Assembly (NCBI GenBank): GCA_046563655.1
Contig: CM102285.1
Coordinates: forward strand, 13,144,001-13,208,000
Direction of reading: 5' to 3'
Length of the DNA stretch: 64,000 nt
From: Yuukianura sp. NJ FZ-2021
Lineage: Eukaryota
Positions 35,355 to 50,300 of this stretch are shown piece after piece. The notes below the pieces were generated by a model that worked only from the letters and a program-made list of their open reading frames with translations, made no database searches and was not told the origin of the DNA. Each line of letters begins with the position of its first letter. Position 1 is the stretch's first letter. The translations under genes and the position numbers were made by a program.

Positions 35355-38300
35355 GCTGCAGCTATGAAATAATTTTCGATTGGCACTGTTTTTCCCTCCG
35401 GAAACTGAAATAGCATATAAATTCACCATCCATTTATAAGTTTTTAGTTAAATGGCTGCGTGACAATGACAAACATGAACATTTTAAACATGTAACTTTG
35501 TTTTTTTCAAAATTTTGAATATTTCATGTTGAAATTGAAAAATCTAGTACTCCCTTCAAAAATTCAAACCTATACGACGTTTGCCTTTCACCTTTGGCCA
35601 ATTTCACAAACTTTCGTAAAAAGCTACATCCACTGAGTTATCAGTGGATAGTTTTCTATTAATTGAAGATTTTGGAAATTCTTGTTAATCGAATTGAAAT
35701 TTTGGAAAGTTTGAAATCGATTTTTTTCCAAGAGGAATGAAGCGTGTGGTTGGACTGATTATGGCCTGGAGGGATTTGGATGATCTGCTGGAGTTTGGCC
35801 ACGGTTCAGCGTGGACTGCTGCGCTTGCTCAAACATCTTCCAGGAAAGATATGGAAGATTTTTGGCAATATCCAGCGATAACCCGCTCAGAGTTTAAAAT
35901 GAAGTTTAAAATAACGCTGTCCTAAGCGCTGTTTCAGCACTGAATCTGATTCCAAGTTTTGATAAAAGGGCGGGCGGTTGAGAGTTGGAAGTTTTGAAAT
36001 TCAGTTTTTAAAATCCTTTTGAAGTGTGAAATGAGTTCGTAATGATGATCGTAATCAAGCGGTCGCATTGTTTGGACTCAATCAAATGACAATGGTAGGC
36101 ACGATAGTAATAAATCCTTTTAGGCACGTTCCACTTTGGAGGGCCCTCAGCGCCGCCGCGGTGGTGGTGATGCCTTTGCGAAGGAAGACTTTCATCTTCT
36201 CGACTTCGAGAGGAAGAAGATGAAGCAGATAAAAAACTCAATCACACAATTGACTATTCTTAGACTTGGGATGAGAAAACATTGACACTCTTAAGAATCT
36301 TAAGACTCATCAACACTAACCATTGTTCTTTCTAATTACTACACTACGAATCAGCACAAGAGAACAAATTATAACCGACGCAGGTTTCAAATCACAACGG
36401 AATGACTCGTTCAGAAACTTAGAAAAATCGCTCCATTGTCTTCTTTTTTCTAATCCCGTTGCTCAATTCGCTTTTTATAAGTCGGAGGAGGTTGCTTTTG
36501 TAAGTTGAAATCAAATCGCTGTGTGAGGTTTGGAATCGATTGAAGTTAGATTTTTAAAAGGGCATAAATTTTTTAAAAGCTTTAAAAAGTTGAATGAATT
36601 TGAGTGAATGCGTATAGTGTTATTTCAAATACTTCAAGAAAGGGAAAAACTGAGGCTGAGGAAAAAGGAACACGGCGAAACTGAAAAATTAAAACTTGAT
36701 TAATAACAAAATTTAGAGGAAAAAATTTCTTCACAACTTTTTTTTTGCTTTTTGTGAAAGTAATGCTGGAGTGGGAGAAAATATTTTGCTGTAGACTCAT
36801 AAGCTGAAGCTGGTTGGTTGGCAGATTTAATTAGAAATGTGATTGATTTTGGGTGGGACTTGGAGATGTGAAAGTTGTAGCTCGGAGGTGAAAGTTGAAG
36901 GGGGCGATGGAGCTACAATGGAGCTTTGCCTAGCTTGATTTGAAGAAGAAATTAATTTGGGCGCGTTGTGTTCAAATATTTGGTTTGGTGTCTCTAGGCC
37001 TCCTCTGCAGCGATGGATCTGCAGCGATTGTACAGTTAAAGGCTGCTGCTGAAGTTGATTTGCTGAGGGGAGAAAGGCGGAGGGAAGTTGCCCTGGGAGT
37101 GAAAGCAGGGAGAAAGGCGGATGATTTTGAAAAGAAGGAGAGGCTTCCTGTCTCTGCCGAACAATTCTTCCAGCCTCCTCTAGGCACCACCGACTCAGCC
37201 CTGACACGCTGGAGGGTGGAAACTTTTGGCTCCGAAGAAATTCCCCGGATTTTTCAGGGTGGGTGCGGCGATGAAGTGGCGTCTTTCTACTGTTACCCGG
37301 GCATCTTAGTCAACTTCGGTCGTCGTCAGTTCCACCGAAGGCAAAGGACTCCCGGCATCCTTTGAGCCTCCTTCTTCCTCCATCCGGGCATTTCCTTCCA
37401 GGCTCCAATTTGAGCCAAAACGGATTTTGTGAACAAAGGAATAACTAAAAAGACTTTCTCTCCAACAAAGTTACAGGGCTTCAAAACAGTCAAGAAACGC
37501 CAGAATTCAGATTTTGATCTTCAACAAGTTTTAAAATTTGAAATTCAAAAAACACACAAACTTTCAACAATTTCTCTCCCAAGTACTTTTTAGTTCTGAA
37601 ACCCGTCCAGTGCCAAGCTGGATTGGTTTACCAATTGTGGTGTTGACCGAAAACCGGTTGGACTTCCCACCAGTACCTCGTGTAGACCCACCAGCAAAAC
37701 GGCGGGGTGTAGCCACCACCATCAAAGTGGCGGAGTCCTTCCGTACTCCGCTGCAAGTCATCGCTGTTGGCCCCATGACATGTCATTTCTAGCGCTGGAC
37801 TCCAACGCTTGGCAGGTAAAATGCAAGAGTTCCAAAACTAATTTAAATATGTATTTTACTAAACCAAATTCATATAATTTTCCATATGACCCCTAACTTT
37901 CTCGTGGACAAATTTTTTTCGCACATTTTTTGACCAATCAGGAACTGTTTTTCACCTGAAAGTGACATTTCAAAACATTAACAAAGGCGTTTCTGTAGTT
38001 GAAGGGGCTAAAAACCATGTTTGTGATTTTGGCCAGAGGTTAAGGTCAACTATGCTTGAAATTTACCCCTTTGAGGACACAGATTACTCTTGCTCACGGT
38101 CGATTGAACTTGAAAAGTGTTTGTCAGAGTGTGTGGTTTAGTTTGTTCCCTCGGATTTACAAAAAATTCGTTCCGAAAATCCGGGAATTGTCCTCTCCTT
38201 TAGTCATCTATCAACACACGAGTCTTTATTACCACTACAAAGGGGCCCTTCTAACCTTGGCATGGAATTGACAAATGAACAAGGCAGATGAACATGTTTT

Positions 38301-41300
38301 GTCAACTTTTACTTGTGTCACTTCCCTTGTTCTCTGCTTAAGTTTCAATTTCAATTTTAAACGTAGGCACACGAGGAGGATATTAAATTGAAGTTGGTCC
38401 AAACAAAGTAACTAACTTCCTCGTGTCGCTTGTTTTTGAAACCTCTGAGAGAGGGGTGAAGGGATGCATATTTAGTGGCTTTCCATGTCAAATCCCTCTT
38501 CAAATTCAAAAAAGTACGGAGACTGGAGGCACCCACTTGCATAAATTGAAAAGTCCGCTTTTCTTTGAAGTACTTTTTTTCAGGTTCAAAGTGGAACTCT
38601 GTGTGTCATTTGGGCTTTAGGAAAGTGGTTCCCACTGTGTCGCTTTCTTTTGTCATCGTAATTTAAATGACTGTTGATGAAAAGTGGGGTGAAGAGGCGC
38701 TTAACTCAAACCTCACTATTCTTTAAGCTAGTACATAGTTTATCAAAAAAAAATTGGATTTTGAATCCAAAAAAAAAAACAGTGAAAACAGTCGCCTAAA
38801 GATTGGCAAATTTGAGGACTTTCACTTTTGGAGAAAAAAAAACTTAAAAGTCGTACATTTTTTGTAAAAAATTTTGTTAGCCACTTTCACCTTACTAAGC
38901 ATACAGATTGGACGAATGGACATCAAATTATGTAATGCATTCAGAAAAGATTTTTTTTTAGAAATTTCAATATTTTTTTTCAAATTTTGGTTGGATTTTT
39001 GAAAAAAAGCAGAGTTAATCAAAGCGTGATTGATTTTTGTGACTGTGGTTTGCCCTTGTGGTTAAAAAAACAGAATAAGTGAGGGTAAGTCAAGAGGGTT
39101 GATGGTTTTGGGTTCATGTCATTTTAGCCCCATTGGAAAAGAAAGCTTAAGGGCTCTATTTCTAGTGCCAGACTCCCTTTAATGTGACTAAGGGCCTTCA
39201 AATGATGAGAAAATCAGTGGAGATGGTCCCTTTGAAGAGGAGACATGTGACTGCCAAGAGCAACTTTCATTAAAAACTGAATTTAAAAATAACATGAAGA
39301 GGAGGGAGAAAGTGGGAGAAAGCTTTTCATTTTTTTGAAGGACCAAATATTCCAAATATTGTTTCGCGGAGTTTGGCTGTAAGTTAAGGGTCGGTTGCTT
39401 CCCATTGTGCTAAGTTAGGTTGAAACTGATCAAGTAAACGAGTAGAGTAGGTTACAAGTGCCTTACTTCAACCTATGATATGATTCACTACTGAATCTTT
39501 TGCGGTGACCCTCAAGTCCCCTGAGACCACTTTTTCTATTCAAAGGGCCCCTCACACGCCTCTCGTCGCTCATCACGAAGTCTGTGACGCAAGTTCATTT
39601 AATTGACGCCCTATCAAAATAATTGACAGGACGACAGCGCTACTGCGAAATTTGAACTTACACCAGTACTGTCAATTATTGATCATGATGATCACCAAAA
39701 TTCGGTTTAAAAGTCTTTACTAAAGAGGAATTTATAGTGCATTGTTAGACACAGATCTGTGAAAGTTCTAAATCTCTCATGTCAAAATTTCTTAAAATTT
39801 TCTCAACGGCCAATCTCGATTGGAGGATTGCGATCGGGAAGACTTGTGATTGGCTTAGCACCAACACGGAAGATGAAGATGATGTTTTTGGCATTGTGTT
39901 GTATTGTTGTTGCTCTTTTGACGGAAGTTATTGCAGATTTGGAATTCCGGAAGGAAAAGGAGGCTGTTGCTCCCTTGTTGTGTCAATCTGTGAATCCTGT
40001 TCCTTTGATTTGGTAATTACACAAGAAGCATCTTTCCTCTCCTGTCATCTTTTGTTCTCTGATCCCAATACCTAAAAAAGTCCATTCCATTTTAGAATTG
40101 AATCCAGAATGGTAATTTTATAGAGATGTGGATCCAGTTGATATTTGTAAAAGGGATTTGGAAGCTTCAGAAGAAAAAGCCTTGACAGTATTATTTTCTC
40201 CCCTTTGTAACCTAAAGTAGGCCTCCCAGGCTTATCATCTTCATCATCCCAAAACCAAAAATAGAATGCATCATCTTCTCATAGTCAACCAACACAGGAA
40301 CCAAATTACGTCAAATGGACCTACTGTCTCCCCACCAAAGGATTTTTAATTCCAATTTGAAAAAGAAAACGAGCGAAAAAGTGTTTTTGAAAAGTGGTAA
40401 AGTTTTTGAAAAATGCATCATGCTTTTTTTCCTTTTGAATAGAAAGTCAAGATGGTTGACAAATTGCTAAAGAAGCACAACCCACGCTCAAAATGAATCT
40501 TTGTTGTACTTATTGATGAATCAGAACAATGGAACTGTTTCTTTGATTTTATATTTGGATTGAGAGTAATAAGTTTTTCCTGGATGGATCCGCTCCAAGT
40601 ATATCCCAGTATGTACTAAAAAGCGGCTTTTCATGTCTGATTCTGCCCAGAGCGTCACCATCTGCCAACATCTTCATTCCATTTCCCATCCATCGTCTCT
40701 TATTTACTCAAAATACAACGAGATTCATAAACCCTCTGCCTAAACTCTAACAAATAATAACCGAAAAATGTCCACCCAAAGTTCCCACGAGTTTCCTTTC
40801 CCAAAAAATGTCGAAACGATTTTCTAAAAGTGCTAAAAAGAACAAATTAATTTGAAAATGACTAACACATAAGAATTTTTTTTGCTTTTTAGATATTCAG
40901 TCAAGAAATACTTCACAGGAACTATCCAAAAGTATCGAATTTACTTTCAGCTAAGGAAAAAAATTGAACGCAATGAAAATCAAAACTCAGTGCAAAAAAG
41001 TAAAATGCCGCACACAATTTATCTTGTTTCTGTAGAATGGGAACAAGATCTTCATCAGTTTTCGATCTAACACATGATATAGTAGTAATTTATAACTCCT
41101 TTTAAATAAGAAATTTCAATAGGAACCAAAATCCAAATCTTCGTTTCAAGTTTGACAATTTTTGCAAAATTTCACGCCCATTAAATTTTTCAAATTCCAA
41201 AGCAAGTTTACTGGGCATTATCTCCTAGTTTTCTTATGACCGATTGCGTTTTCTCACTTAAAAAGTAAATTGAATTTGTACAATTTTTTGTTCTCTAACT

Positions 41301-44300
41301 TTTGTAGAGAGATTTTTTTTTTCGTAAGAATACAGTCTTAAAAATTGTTAAATGCAATTAGGCTGATCTCGTTTGAGCTTTTTTACGAAGAGGACATATT
41401 TAGGCAAAGTCTTAATTTGTCAAGTTGTCTTCTCAGACAAGGATAATTTGTCACGCTCCATGACTCCATTCTCAACTAAAAAATCCCAACTTGGATTTCA
41501 AAATCTAAAGAACTGTCCCATTCAAATCCGTCTTTTTACGGCACAGTTTGTTACCAAATTTGGCTGTCAACACTTTTCAAAAGAACCGAGAAACGACTGA
41601 CGTCCTCCGTCTAAGAAATTTTTCTTCTTCAAAGGCCGTTGACATTGAGACGACAAGAAGAAAAAAGGCGGCGGCGGTAGCTTCTGTTCTGTCAAAAATG
41701 GATTCACTTAAATTTTCTAAACAGAAAAACTGTTTTGTGTTTTGATTTTGAAACGGACGATTTGAGACTCCAGATTTGTTTTGACTTGGAATGCTTCTTT
41801 CCTGCTTGTGATTTTTCTTCGGCGATGCTTCCAGCCCTTTGAAATTCCAAAAAGTTCAGTTTTTTGAAGTTTCGGAGAAAGTCGGATGTTTCCGGAGAAA
41901 GTGGAAGTATCGACCGGTGGAGAAGTGAAAGTGGATTGTGTGATTCCAGAGAAAGTTGGAAGAAGTAGAAAATGTTGGAAGTTTATTCCCTGCTGTATAC
42001 TACGTGAAGCTCTGCCCAAATCAACCCTCTCCTGCCTTGTTCATTATCCTTATTTCCTATCCATTTATTCATGCATACGAGATTCCATTTTGAAGTTGAA
42101 GATTTTGAAATTTCCCTCCGGCTTTTCTCCGTCTCTCTCTTCTTCAAAAAGATGATGTTCCCCGTTTTCCATTTAGAAAAGCAACAGAGCTTACTTTCTA
42201 ATGTTATTATTACAGAAATATAGAAAATATTTCAGTTTCTACTCTAAAATCAACTCTTACTTTAAAAGCTTCCGGAGTTGATCTCCCTGTTTTTAAATTT
42301 TTGAAAAAGAAAACAATTTTGAAAAGTATTTTGACTCTACAAAGGTTTTCAATTGAAATTTTGACAGTATTATAAACATCATTATCATAAAGATCTTTAG
42401 ACACTCTGGTAGAAGCTTTTTCTGCGTTTTTCAATCCTTTGAGTACCAAAAACTTTGAAAATAATGGAATTTTGTAGTTGAACAGGATTTTGTTTTGTCT
42501 TTTCTAAAGTTTCTTTGTTGAAAATAATCGATCTTTGGATTAAGTTTCAAACAGCGAAAAAAAATCAAATAGAAAATGGATTGCTTCAATCTCTACCTGT
42601 TTCAAAGTTTTCAATTTAGAAAAAGTGTATTGATTTTAAATCCCTCTTTTCAAAACATTCAACAAAGAGAGGGAAGATTTGATCCGTTTTTGCTTTTGAA
42701 AAAAGTAAGCTAGAGTGGATAAGGTCAACTTTCAGGTCAAGCGTTTTGATCTCCGGTTTTCAAAATTTCAAAAGAAAAACAAACTCGAGAGAAAATTTTG
42801 AAAAAGTGAAAGACAGCTAGAACGAACCTGAGTAAGATTTTAGTTGAGCTTATTTTTCAGTTTAGTTTTATGAAGAAATTATGCTGGAGAGGAGTTTGTA
42901 ACGAGCAACTTCGAACTGATTTCTTTTTAAGAATTTTTAGGAAGTCTTTTTTCAAAATTTTGAATTCGTGTCACGGATTTTGAGGGAAATGGAGGGGACA
43001 ACCAGTAATTAAAACGAAGGTTTTGGTAATGGATACTTTGTGACTGAGAACAAGAAGAACTCAACGTTTTTTCTTCTTGAAGGAAATGGAGGCAGTTTTT
43101 GAAAAGTTGAAAGCTCGCGTCATCCCTCCGTACGCCCTGTCTTGTGCAAATTAAACTTCAAGAAAACAGACGCTGATGACTGTAAAAGTTCTAAAGTGTA
43201 CTTAATTCTGGACACGTTCCTTCTTAATCCTGCGTCCGCTCTTATTCCTTTGTCATCGTTTTTTGAAAGTATGAGCAGTGCCTTGTAAGCTAATAAAGAC
43301 AGTCGTTGTGGTGTCAATTGCCTCCCTGACTTCACTACATAAGTGACCACCTTCCGTACCTTTTTTCTGGGTTTTGAAGAATTAAGTGAATCCGTTTTCA
43401 AAGTAATATGAGGCATAAGGCCATAATTATTGGGCTTAGGGCATCACGTACATGAGCTTCTGAGACGCTGTAATTATCACATACCTCCTCTCTAAGCTTA
43501 AAAAAATCTGAAACAAAAAGTTTCTGAAATGTTTCAAAATCATAAAACTTATGAAACTGTACCTTGGATTCTCAAATTTTAAAACAAAAATTGAAAAATG
43601 TGAATTTTTTGAAACAATTTGGAAATATAAAGTAAATAAGGAAAAAGCAGGTGAAAGTCGTTGCAGTTTTTGTGCCGAGGGTCACGTGAGTCATTTCTAA
43701 TTTAAAATAAATTGGGTCACGGTTTAAACAAGCCTGGTGTTTTCACGGTTTTTAAAACAGAGACACGGTGCTTGGGGGCGGTGTTGCCTAAAAGTTGTCT
43801 CGTGGGTAATTCAAAGTTAGGGGAGACACATAGGCAGGGAAAGTGGTAAAAGTTAACGGAGCGTATCGTCATTTCAGTTGATGACTCTTTCAGAACTATT
43901 TTCTGGTTGAATTGGTAAACAAATTGAAAATTGGTCACAAAGTGAGTTTTTGAGGGATCGAAGGAAAGTGGGAAGGGCGGCAGAGATGGTTTTTCTCAAG
44001 TTCAAATTACATTTTCCCTCTTCCTTTTTTTCCTGGAACAAACTGTACTTTCTACAAAGCAAAACTTTCTTCTAAAGCCAACTTTTACTTTCTCCTCTTC
44101 TTGTAACCAAGAGAACTCGAGGTACTTCAGCCTTACTTCAACCAGAGAAAATTCGATTACAAACGGCAGCAACCATAAAGCACTGCCTGGCAGAATAGTT
44201 AGAGTTCCATGGCTTGCTTCTCTAAAAGTTTTTGAAATGTTCTTAATTTGGAAGAAAAGTCACGCTGCAAAGTTTGTTAAAGTAGTAATTAAGTTAGTAA

Positions 44301-47300
44301 ATGAAGGTGTAAACACGTAGAGGTTTCTTAACCGCGAATTGACAAAGTTTTGAACAATGAGAGCCGCAAAGTCATAACACTTTGTCTCTGTCTTTGATGT
44401 TTATTACCGACAGTTGTCATTCGACTGTTAAAGAAGTGACAACCTTTTGTATGTTCAGTTTTTCAAAAAATTACACAAAATTAAAATGGAAAGACTGAGA
44501 CAAACTCGGAATAACAATGAAATGAAAATAAAATGCAAATCATAAATTTCGAAAAGAAGAGAAAACGATCTTGAACTTTCACGAAAATTTTATTTTTATC
44601 CGCTCCCCCGAGAAAAAATTATACGGCGTCTTTGTTGTCCTAGTTTTTAACTTTCTCCGAAAAGAGCAGTTTACGTTTTCAAAGACCCATCTCTGTATAG
44701 ATGCAATATTGGTTTTACTCGAAAGGTCACGGAGGTCACTCGGCGGGGTTAAAGACTCTGCTGTAGTAAACGTTGAAGTAGCAAAACCAGTCTGGACATG
44801 CTAGCAGAACAGCATGAACAAACGCTGAAGCAGCGCTCACCTTAGTTGTTGTTGGTCCATGAATAATTTTTAAAGAGGCTCCTCATGGAATGCACATTAT
44901 TTTCACAGCAGCCATGATTACTTGTAATTTACAGCAACTTTACAATAACATTCCATTTGGATCATGGAGAGAACAAAGGAACCGTATCTTAACAATAGTA
45001 CAACACACAAGGGCAGACTTAAGAGTCTCCAAATTGCATAAAATTCCAATCAAAATTACACAACTAAAAAGTCTTACATCAACTTACAATTTTCAATTAA
45101 AACTGATTTCGGAACAAAATTTTTAGCGCAAGGCTCACGTCCGGATCTGCATTATCGAAAAAATTTTGTTGAAAGTTAACGTTTTCTGAAAAAATTTTCA
45201 ATGAGTTCTTGAATTTGAAGTGAATTTGTGCTTTTAGATCAGAAAAATTTTGGTTGGCTCTGGAAAACAAGGAGAAGAAAATTAAAAAGCTCCAAAATTT
45301 TAAATCTTTCAATTCCATAATTCCAAGAAAATCTGAAAATCCAAAATTCTGATTCTTGGGGTTGATTTTTTTTATTTTAAGATCTTGAAGCCTTCTTGAT
45401 GTTCTTTGTTACACAAAATTTTGAACAAAAAATTGTTTTTGATCAGTGATGATTTATTTGATTGCGGTTGGTTAAAACAATGATTCAAGTTTTTTTTGTT
45501 CCTCGTGATTTGACTGCTCTTCTACCAGAGACTCATCATTTTTTTTTTCAAAAAGTTGTTTGTATGAAAATGCTTTAGTGTGCTAACCTGTAGCAAAGCG
45601 AGCTTACGAGAAATTAAGGTTGATTACAATTATTCATGGGCCGAAGTAATTGTTCAAGGGAGTCCAACAATTGGGCGGCAGCGGTCTGTCCGTATACTGT
45701 CCGTCGGTAGAAGTTCTTTTTTACATGATTAAAGTGGGGCTGAGGCAAGCACAAGCTGAAATCAAAATGATGCTGTGCTGTGGACCACTTTGGACAGAGA
45801 AGCAGTAGGATTTATATCATCAAAATATTTAGAAAAGATGCTCATCTTTTAAAAAAAAGCTGAAGTTAAGGAGGTGTGTGCGGTTCAAAAGAAACGACCG
45901 ACGGCGGACGGTCACGCCTACAACACAGTGCCTGAAACAGGCTTCCAACACAGGTCACGATCCAAAATACTTCCAGAGGTTGATGAACATTATGGAAAAA
46001 ATTATGAAAAAGTTTCAAAAAAAATGGAAGCTTTAAGAACAGACATTAGTCTTGGCCTGACGCTCCCCCCAGGGGGAACGATCAACCAGTTCAGATGCAA
46101 AGTGATTTTTACAAAGTTATGCACATCGGTTTTACATTACGTTTTTTAGTAAAGTTTTGAATAGGGTAGGTTAATTTTAAAAGTTAGGCTATTAGTTAGA
46201 TTTTTAAGCAAAAGTTAGGTTTTGGTTACGCTGACAGGTTAGGGTAACACCTTCCTCATCAGCAGATCTTGAATCTGGAGAAGCTTAGAAGCTTCCATCA
46301 TCTGTCGTAATCTGTTGATCTTTGTCTTAAGGGCTCTCAGTGGATCTTCTGAATTCAAAATCCGAAAGATACCAAGATGATTAGGTTATGTTTTTGAGAC
46401 TTCTACGACTTTTAACATTAGAGTTTATGCATTCCAAGTTTTTGTTGCATTCGGAAGATGATTCATTCCTCCTCCCTGGACCAGATTTCCGTCTTTGATT
46501 AGACCTCTTCTGCCCAATTATTCATGATCTTAAGCCACCACGTGTGGGCGGGCGTTCTGCAGTCGGAAATTATATGGTTGAAAACAGGATTCAAAAGTTG
46601 AAGGAAATAAATCTTCAGAGCCCTTACCTTCTTATAAGGGCTCCCCTTTATAAGTTTTAAATCAAATCAAGAGCCAAAAGCTTGGACTAAGGTAGACTTC
46701 GGATTTGGAACACGCAAGAATTTTTTATTTTTGAAAAAGGGCCCTCCGTTCCGCGTTCCTAAAATTTAAGGACTGTAATAATGGAGGGAGTAACTATTGA
46801 GAGCAGGAGAAGCTTATGGATCATTTGTAAGATGGGTTTTGGACAAAGCAAAGGAAAGCTGCTAATGCGACACAGATCGAATCAGAGGAGATTTAAATCT
46901 TTTTTCAAAAACCAAATTTTGAAATGAGTTTTGAAAGTAATCAATCTTTGGAAGACTTAATGGTATTTTCTAAATTCTAAAATGTCTTAAGTTTAAGTTT
47001 GTGTTTAGAAAATTGTTGTGGAAGGTCATAAGAGTCCATTTATCTTTGGATTGAATTTTTGAATTGTAAAAAGATTAACATTAGGATCATTTCTCATCTT
47101 CCAGTCTAAACATGTCAACTGCGTGAAATGAATACGAAAAATGTTAATGTTAAATAATTTTTTTTAAATAAAAATGTGAGAAGAACTGAAATGGCAAAAG
47201 TTTAGAGAAACTCGTCAAAAAGAGACGAAGAAAAATATTTTTCATTGTGTAACAAATTAGTTCTGACTTTAGCTTAGTTTTGTTGTAGCTTTATCCTATT

Positions 47301-50300
47301 TTGAAGTTGGATGGTTTTAAAATCGTTACGATTTAAAAATTCGAAAATGGCTCGCATTGCGCACTCGCTGTCAAGAATTAGAAGTTAGAAATTTAACATC
47401 ATCCTAAAAGTTATACCTTTAAAAATCGAATTCACCTGCTTTCTCTTTGTGTCCTAAAAAGGTTTCAATTTGATTAAAAGGAAAAGCACAAAGGCGAAAT
47501 CCTTCGGCTTTTTTTTAAACAAAGCCAGTTTCCGTGCTAACTTTCCATACCGTACAACTCTAACATTTTTCAAAGCAAAATCTACTTCAGTTGGAACTTT
47601 CTCTTTGTTACTTTTTTTGTTTCCTGATCTCCCCGAGATTCGGGAGAGTGTGATGGTTTGGTTACCCTGGTTGGCAGGTAATCCAATCCCTCTTTGGTCC
47701 ATTTCTAATTGAATTGAAATGGATCTCATCTGCTCACACGAGGACAGACGCTCCTGTGCAGCTTTTCCCAACTGTATACAAAAGACGTGCCATGATTCAT
47801 TTGGTTCTGGAAGATGAGCTAATTATTACATTTGTTCTTTTGGTTAGTCCAGAGAACAATGAAAACTAACAATTGTTGGCCAAAAATGAACAATCCACTT
47901 CCCCACTAAACTTATTCCGAAAAGCCTAATGTTATAATGAGATTCAGCTTAGGAAATTCATGAACTTGGAAAGACCAAAAGTAAATAACATACTGCTCAT
48001 TTTGACCCAAAATTCAGGAAATTCAAACAAAATCTGTTTCAGTTTGCACTCGAATTTTGGAGATTCTGACAAAATCTGCTTCGTTTGTTCACTTTTGGAT
48101 TTTTCCAGAATTCTGGAAATCCAGTAGTTGCTAGATTTTACCAAAAAAAATTTTGGACTAGAATTCAGGAAATTGCTTCCGTAAGCTGGAAATGAAACTG
48201 GGGACCGCTCCAGGCGTTGGAACTTGTCATAAATGACACTAATAAATTACTGGACATAATAGCACCTCTGTGTCTCTCTTTTGAAATGTCTCTCCTAGGA
48301 TTCTAGAAACCTAAAAGCTAAGTTTAGTCTTGAAGGCAAAAGACTTTGTTCTAAAAATGAGTTTCCAGTGTTCTGAAATGGAGGAGATGAAACGTGTTCT
48401 AGTTTTTTAAGCTTTCAGAAAAGTTTCATGTCAGAAGTTCAAAGATCAATAGAGTATGGATTTCCTTTTGTAAAAAGTTTTTGAAACTGATCTTTTGCTT
48501 GCTTTTTCCTTCAGAAAAAGATACGTTTTAAGTCAATAATCTTAACTCAAAAATTGAGGGTTGAAATTGTGCTGATCCTATGACATTAAACCGATTATGT
48601 TCCAGCGCTTTTTCCACTTTGGAAAGTGTATGAAATTGGATCTCAAAATGATCATGGGCGGAGAAATTTTTTTGGAGTACTTTACTAATAGCGGTAATGC
48701 AATATTGGAAACTTTTGAAACAGAAGAAATTTGTTGTAAAGTGTTATTTTTTCTCCCAATTTTGATCAAAATTTCACCTTTTCTTGGAAAGTTTTAGGGT
48801 TAGGCCCAAAGTTCAAATTATTTCCAAATCGTGATGTTTTTTTCTTATTTCTAAAATTTTATGGGGGGATAAAGAGGTCAAAAAAGGAGAAAATCCGGAG
48901 GCGGATCTTTTGAAGCAAAAAGTAAGCTTCAGAAGGAGCGCTGGACTTTCTCAGAGGTCAAGTCAAGAGGTCAAAGTCGTGATGAGGGTCTGCTTTTGAT
49001 TGCAGTACGCGTGCCCAGGCACACCGTCGTCGTCCTCACAAGTTGAAATTTCATATTAAACTGAAAGTTGGAAGGATAAATCAGAGGTAGAAGCATCACG
49101 TTTCATAATAACAGGGAGGCTCACTTCACAATCGCTTTATACTCGTTGGAAAAAGAAACAAGTTTTGAGAGTCTGCAGCAAGAGATGATGATGATCTTGC
49201 TTCAACTTGAGATTTTTTGTTACTTAAGACTCAAATTCTTCATAAAAAAGAAATTCTTGAAGTTTTTAGTAATTATAGTGCAGAGGAGAAGGGAGAAGTA
49301 GCAGACAAGTCGACTACTTCTTGTAGTAAAAAGCAACTTATGATAACTTACAAAAAGTCAATTTTTATGGGATTTTAAATACGGGGTTTGTGGTTTTGGT
49401 TTAAAAAGGAAAAGAGAGGGTTGAATTTGAACTTTAGGATTCAAGTACCCACTTAAGTATTTCACACTTTAAATAATCATTTTTTCCTAATTCAAGTTTT
49501 TTTGGAAGTTGAAAGAATTTTGAAATATGAAAATTTTCCTTGTTAGTTTTGTGGTTTCCTTGTAGAGTGTGAGATTAATTAACTTTTGTGTTTTTAAAGT
49601 GGATTGAGATGCAATTTCCGTCATGGACTGGATTGTGTACTGCACTACCAGAGTGATTGACAGGAAATTTAAGTTTTGCCGCAAGCACAGTTGTTCCAAA
49701 TACGAGTAGTGATAAGGGAAGCATCTAGCTACAATTCTCGCTAACAAAATCAATTTCAAATTTGCACAAAATTTACACTTTCATTTTCTTGTAACTTCCA
49801 AACTGGGCAAAAACTTTAAATCGAACATCACAAATTTTAGGTAAACCGTCGACAAATCTACTTTCTCCGGTATTTAATTGAATCAGTTTAGTACTCAGTT
49901 CTATGTTCTAAAAATTGCAATTTATCATTTTTGCTTAATCAAATTTGCTTTTGGATATTTATTAACAGCTTTCTCTTTTCAAGTTTTGCGAGTGAAAGTG
50001 TAGGAGTAAAACGTCACTGACTAAAATCTATTTCCAAAATATTCTTCTTTTATGATTGAAAGTTGCTTCACCAGTCTGAGCAATGGCTTTTTTTGAATGG
50101 TCACGGTACATTTTAAAACCAAATCTGAAATCTGAACTTAAATAATCGAGAAATGAGAAATGTAGAACTCGGTGTTTGTCGGATTCCGAAGTCTGGTTTG
50201 TTTCCGGATGGATTGGGCTAGGGAAAAGGCTGATGTTGCTGGGGAGAAAGTTATGACGGAAAACTCTGCGGGAGATATGAATCCAAGTTCTGGAGCTCTT

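Noticed and set aside
36008..37815. GC-richer ORFs of 70-141 aa and donor-like sites
   Set aside because: No domain or consistent exon chain; more likely promoter, UTR or enhancer sequence.
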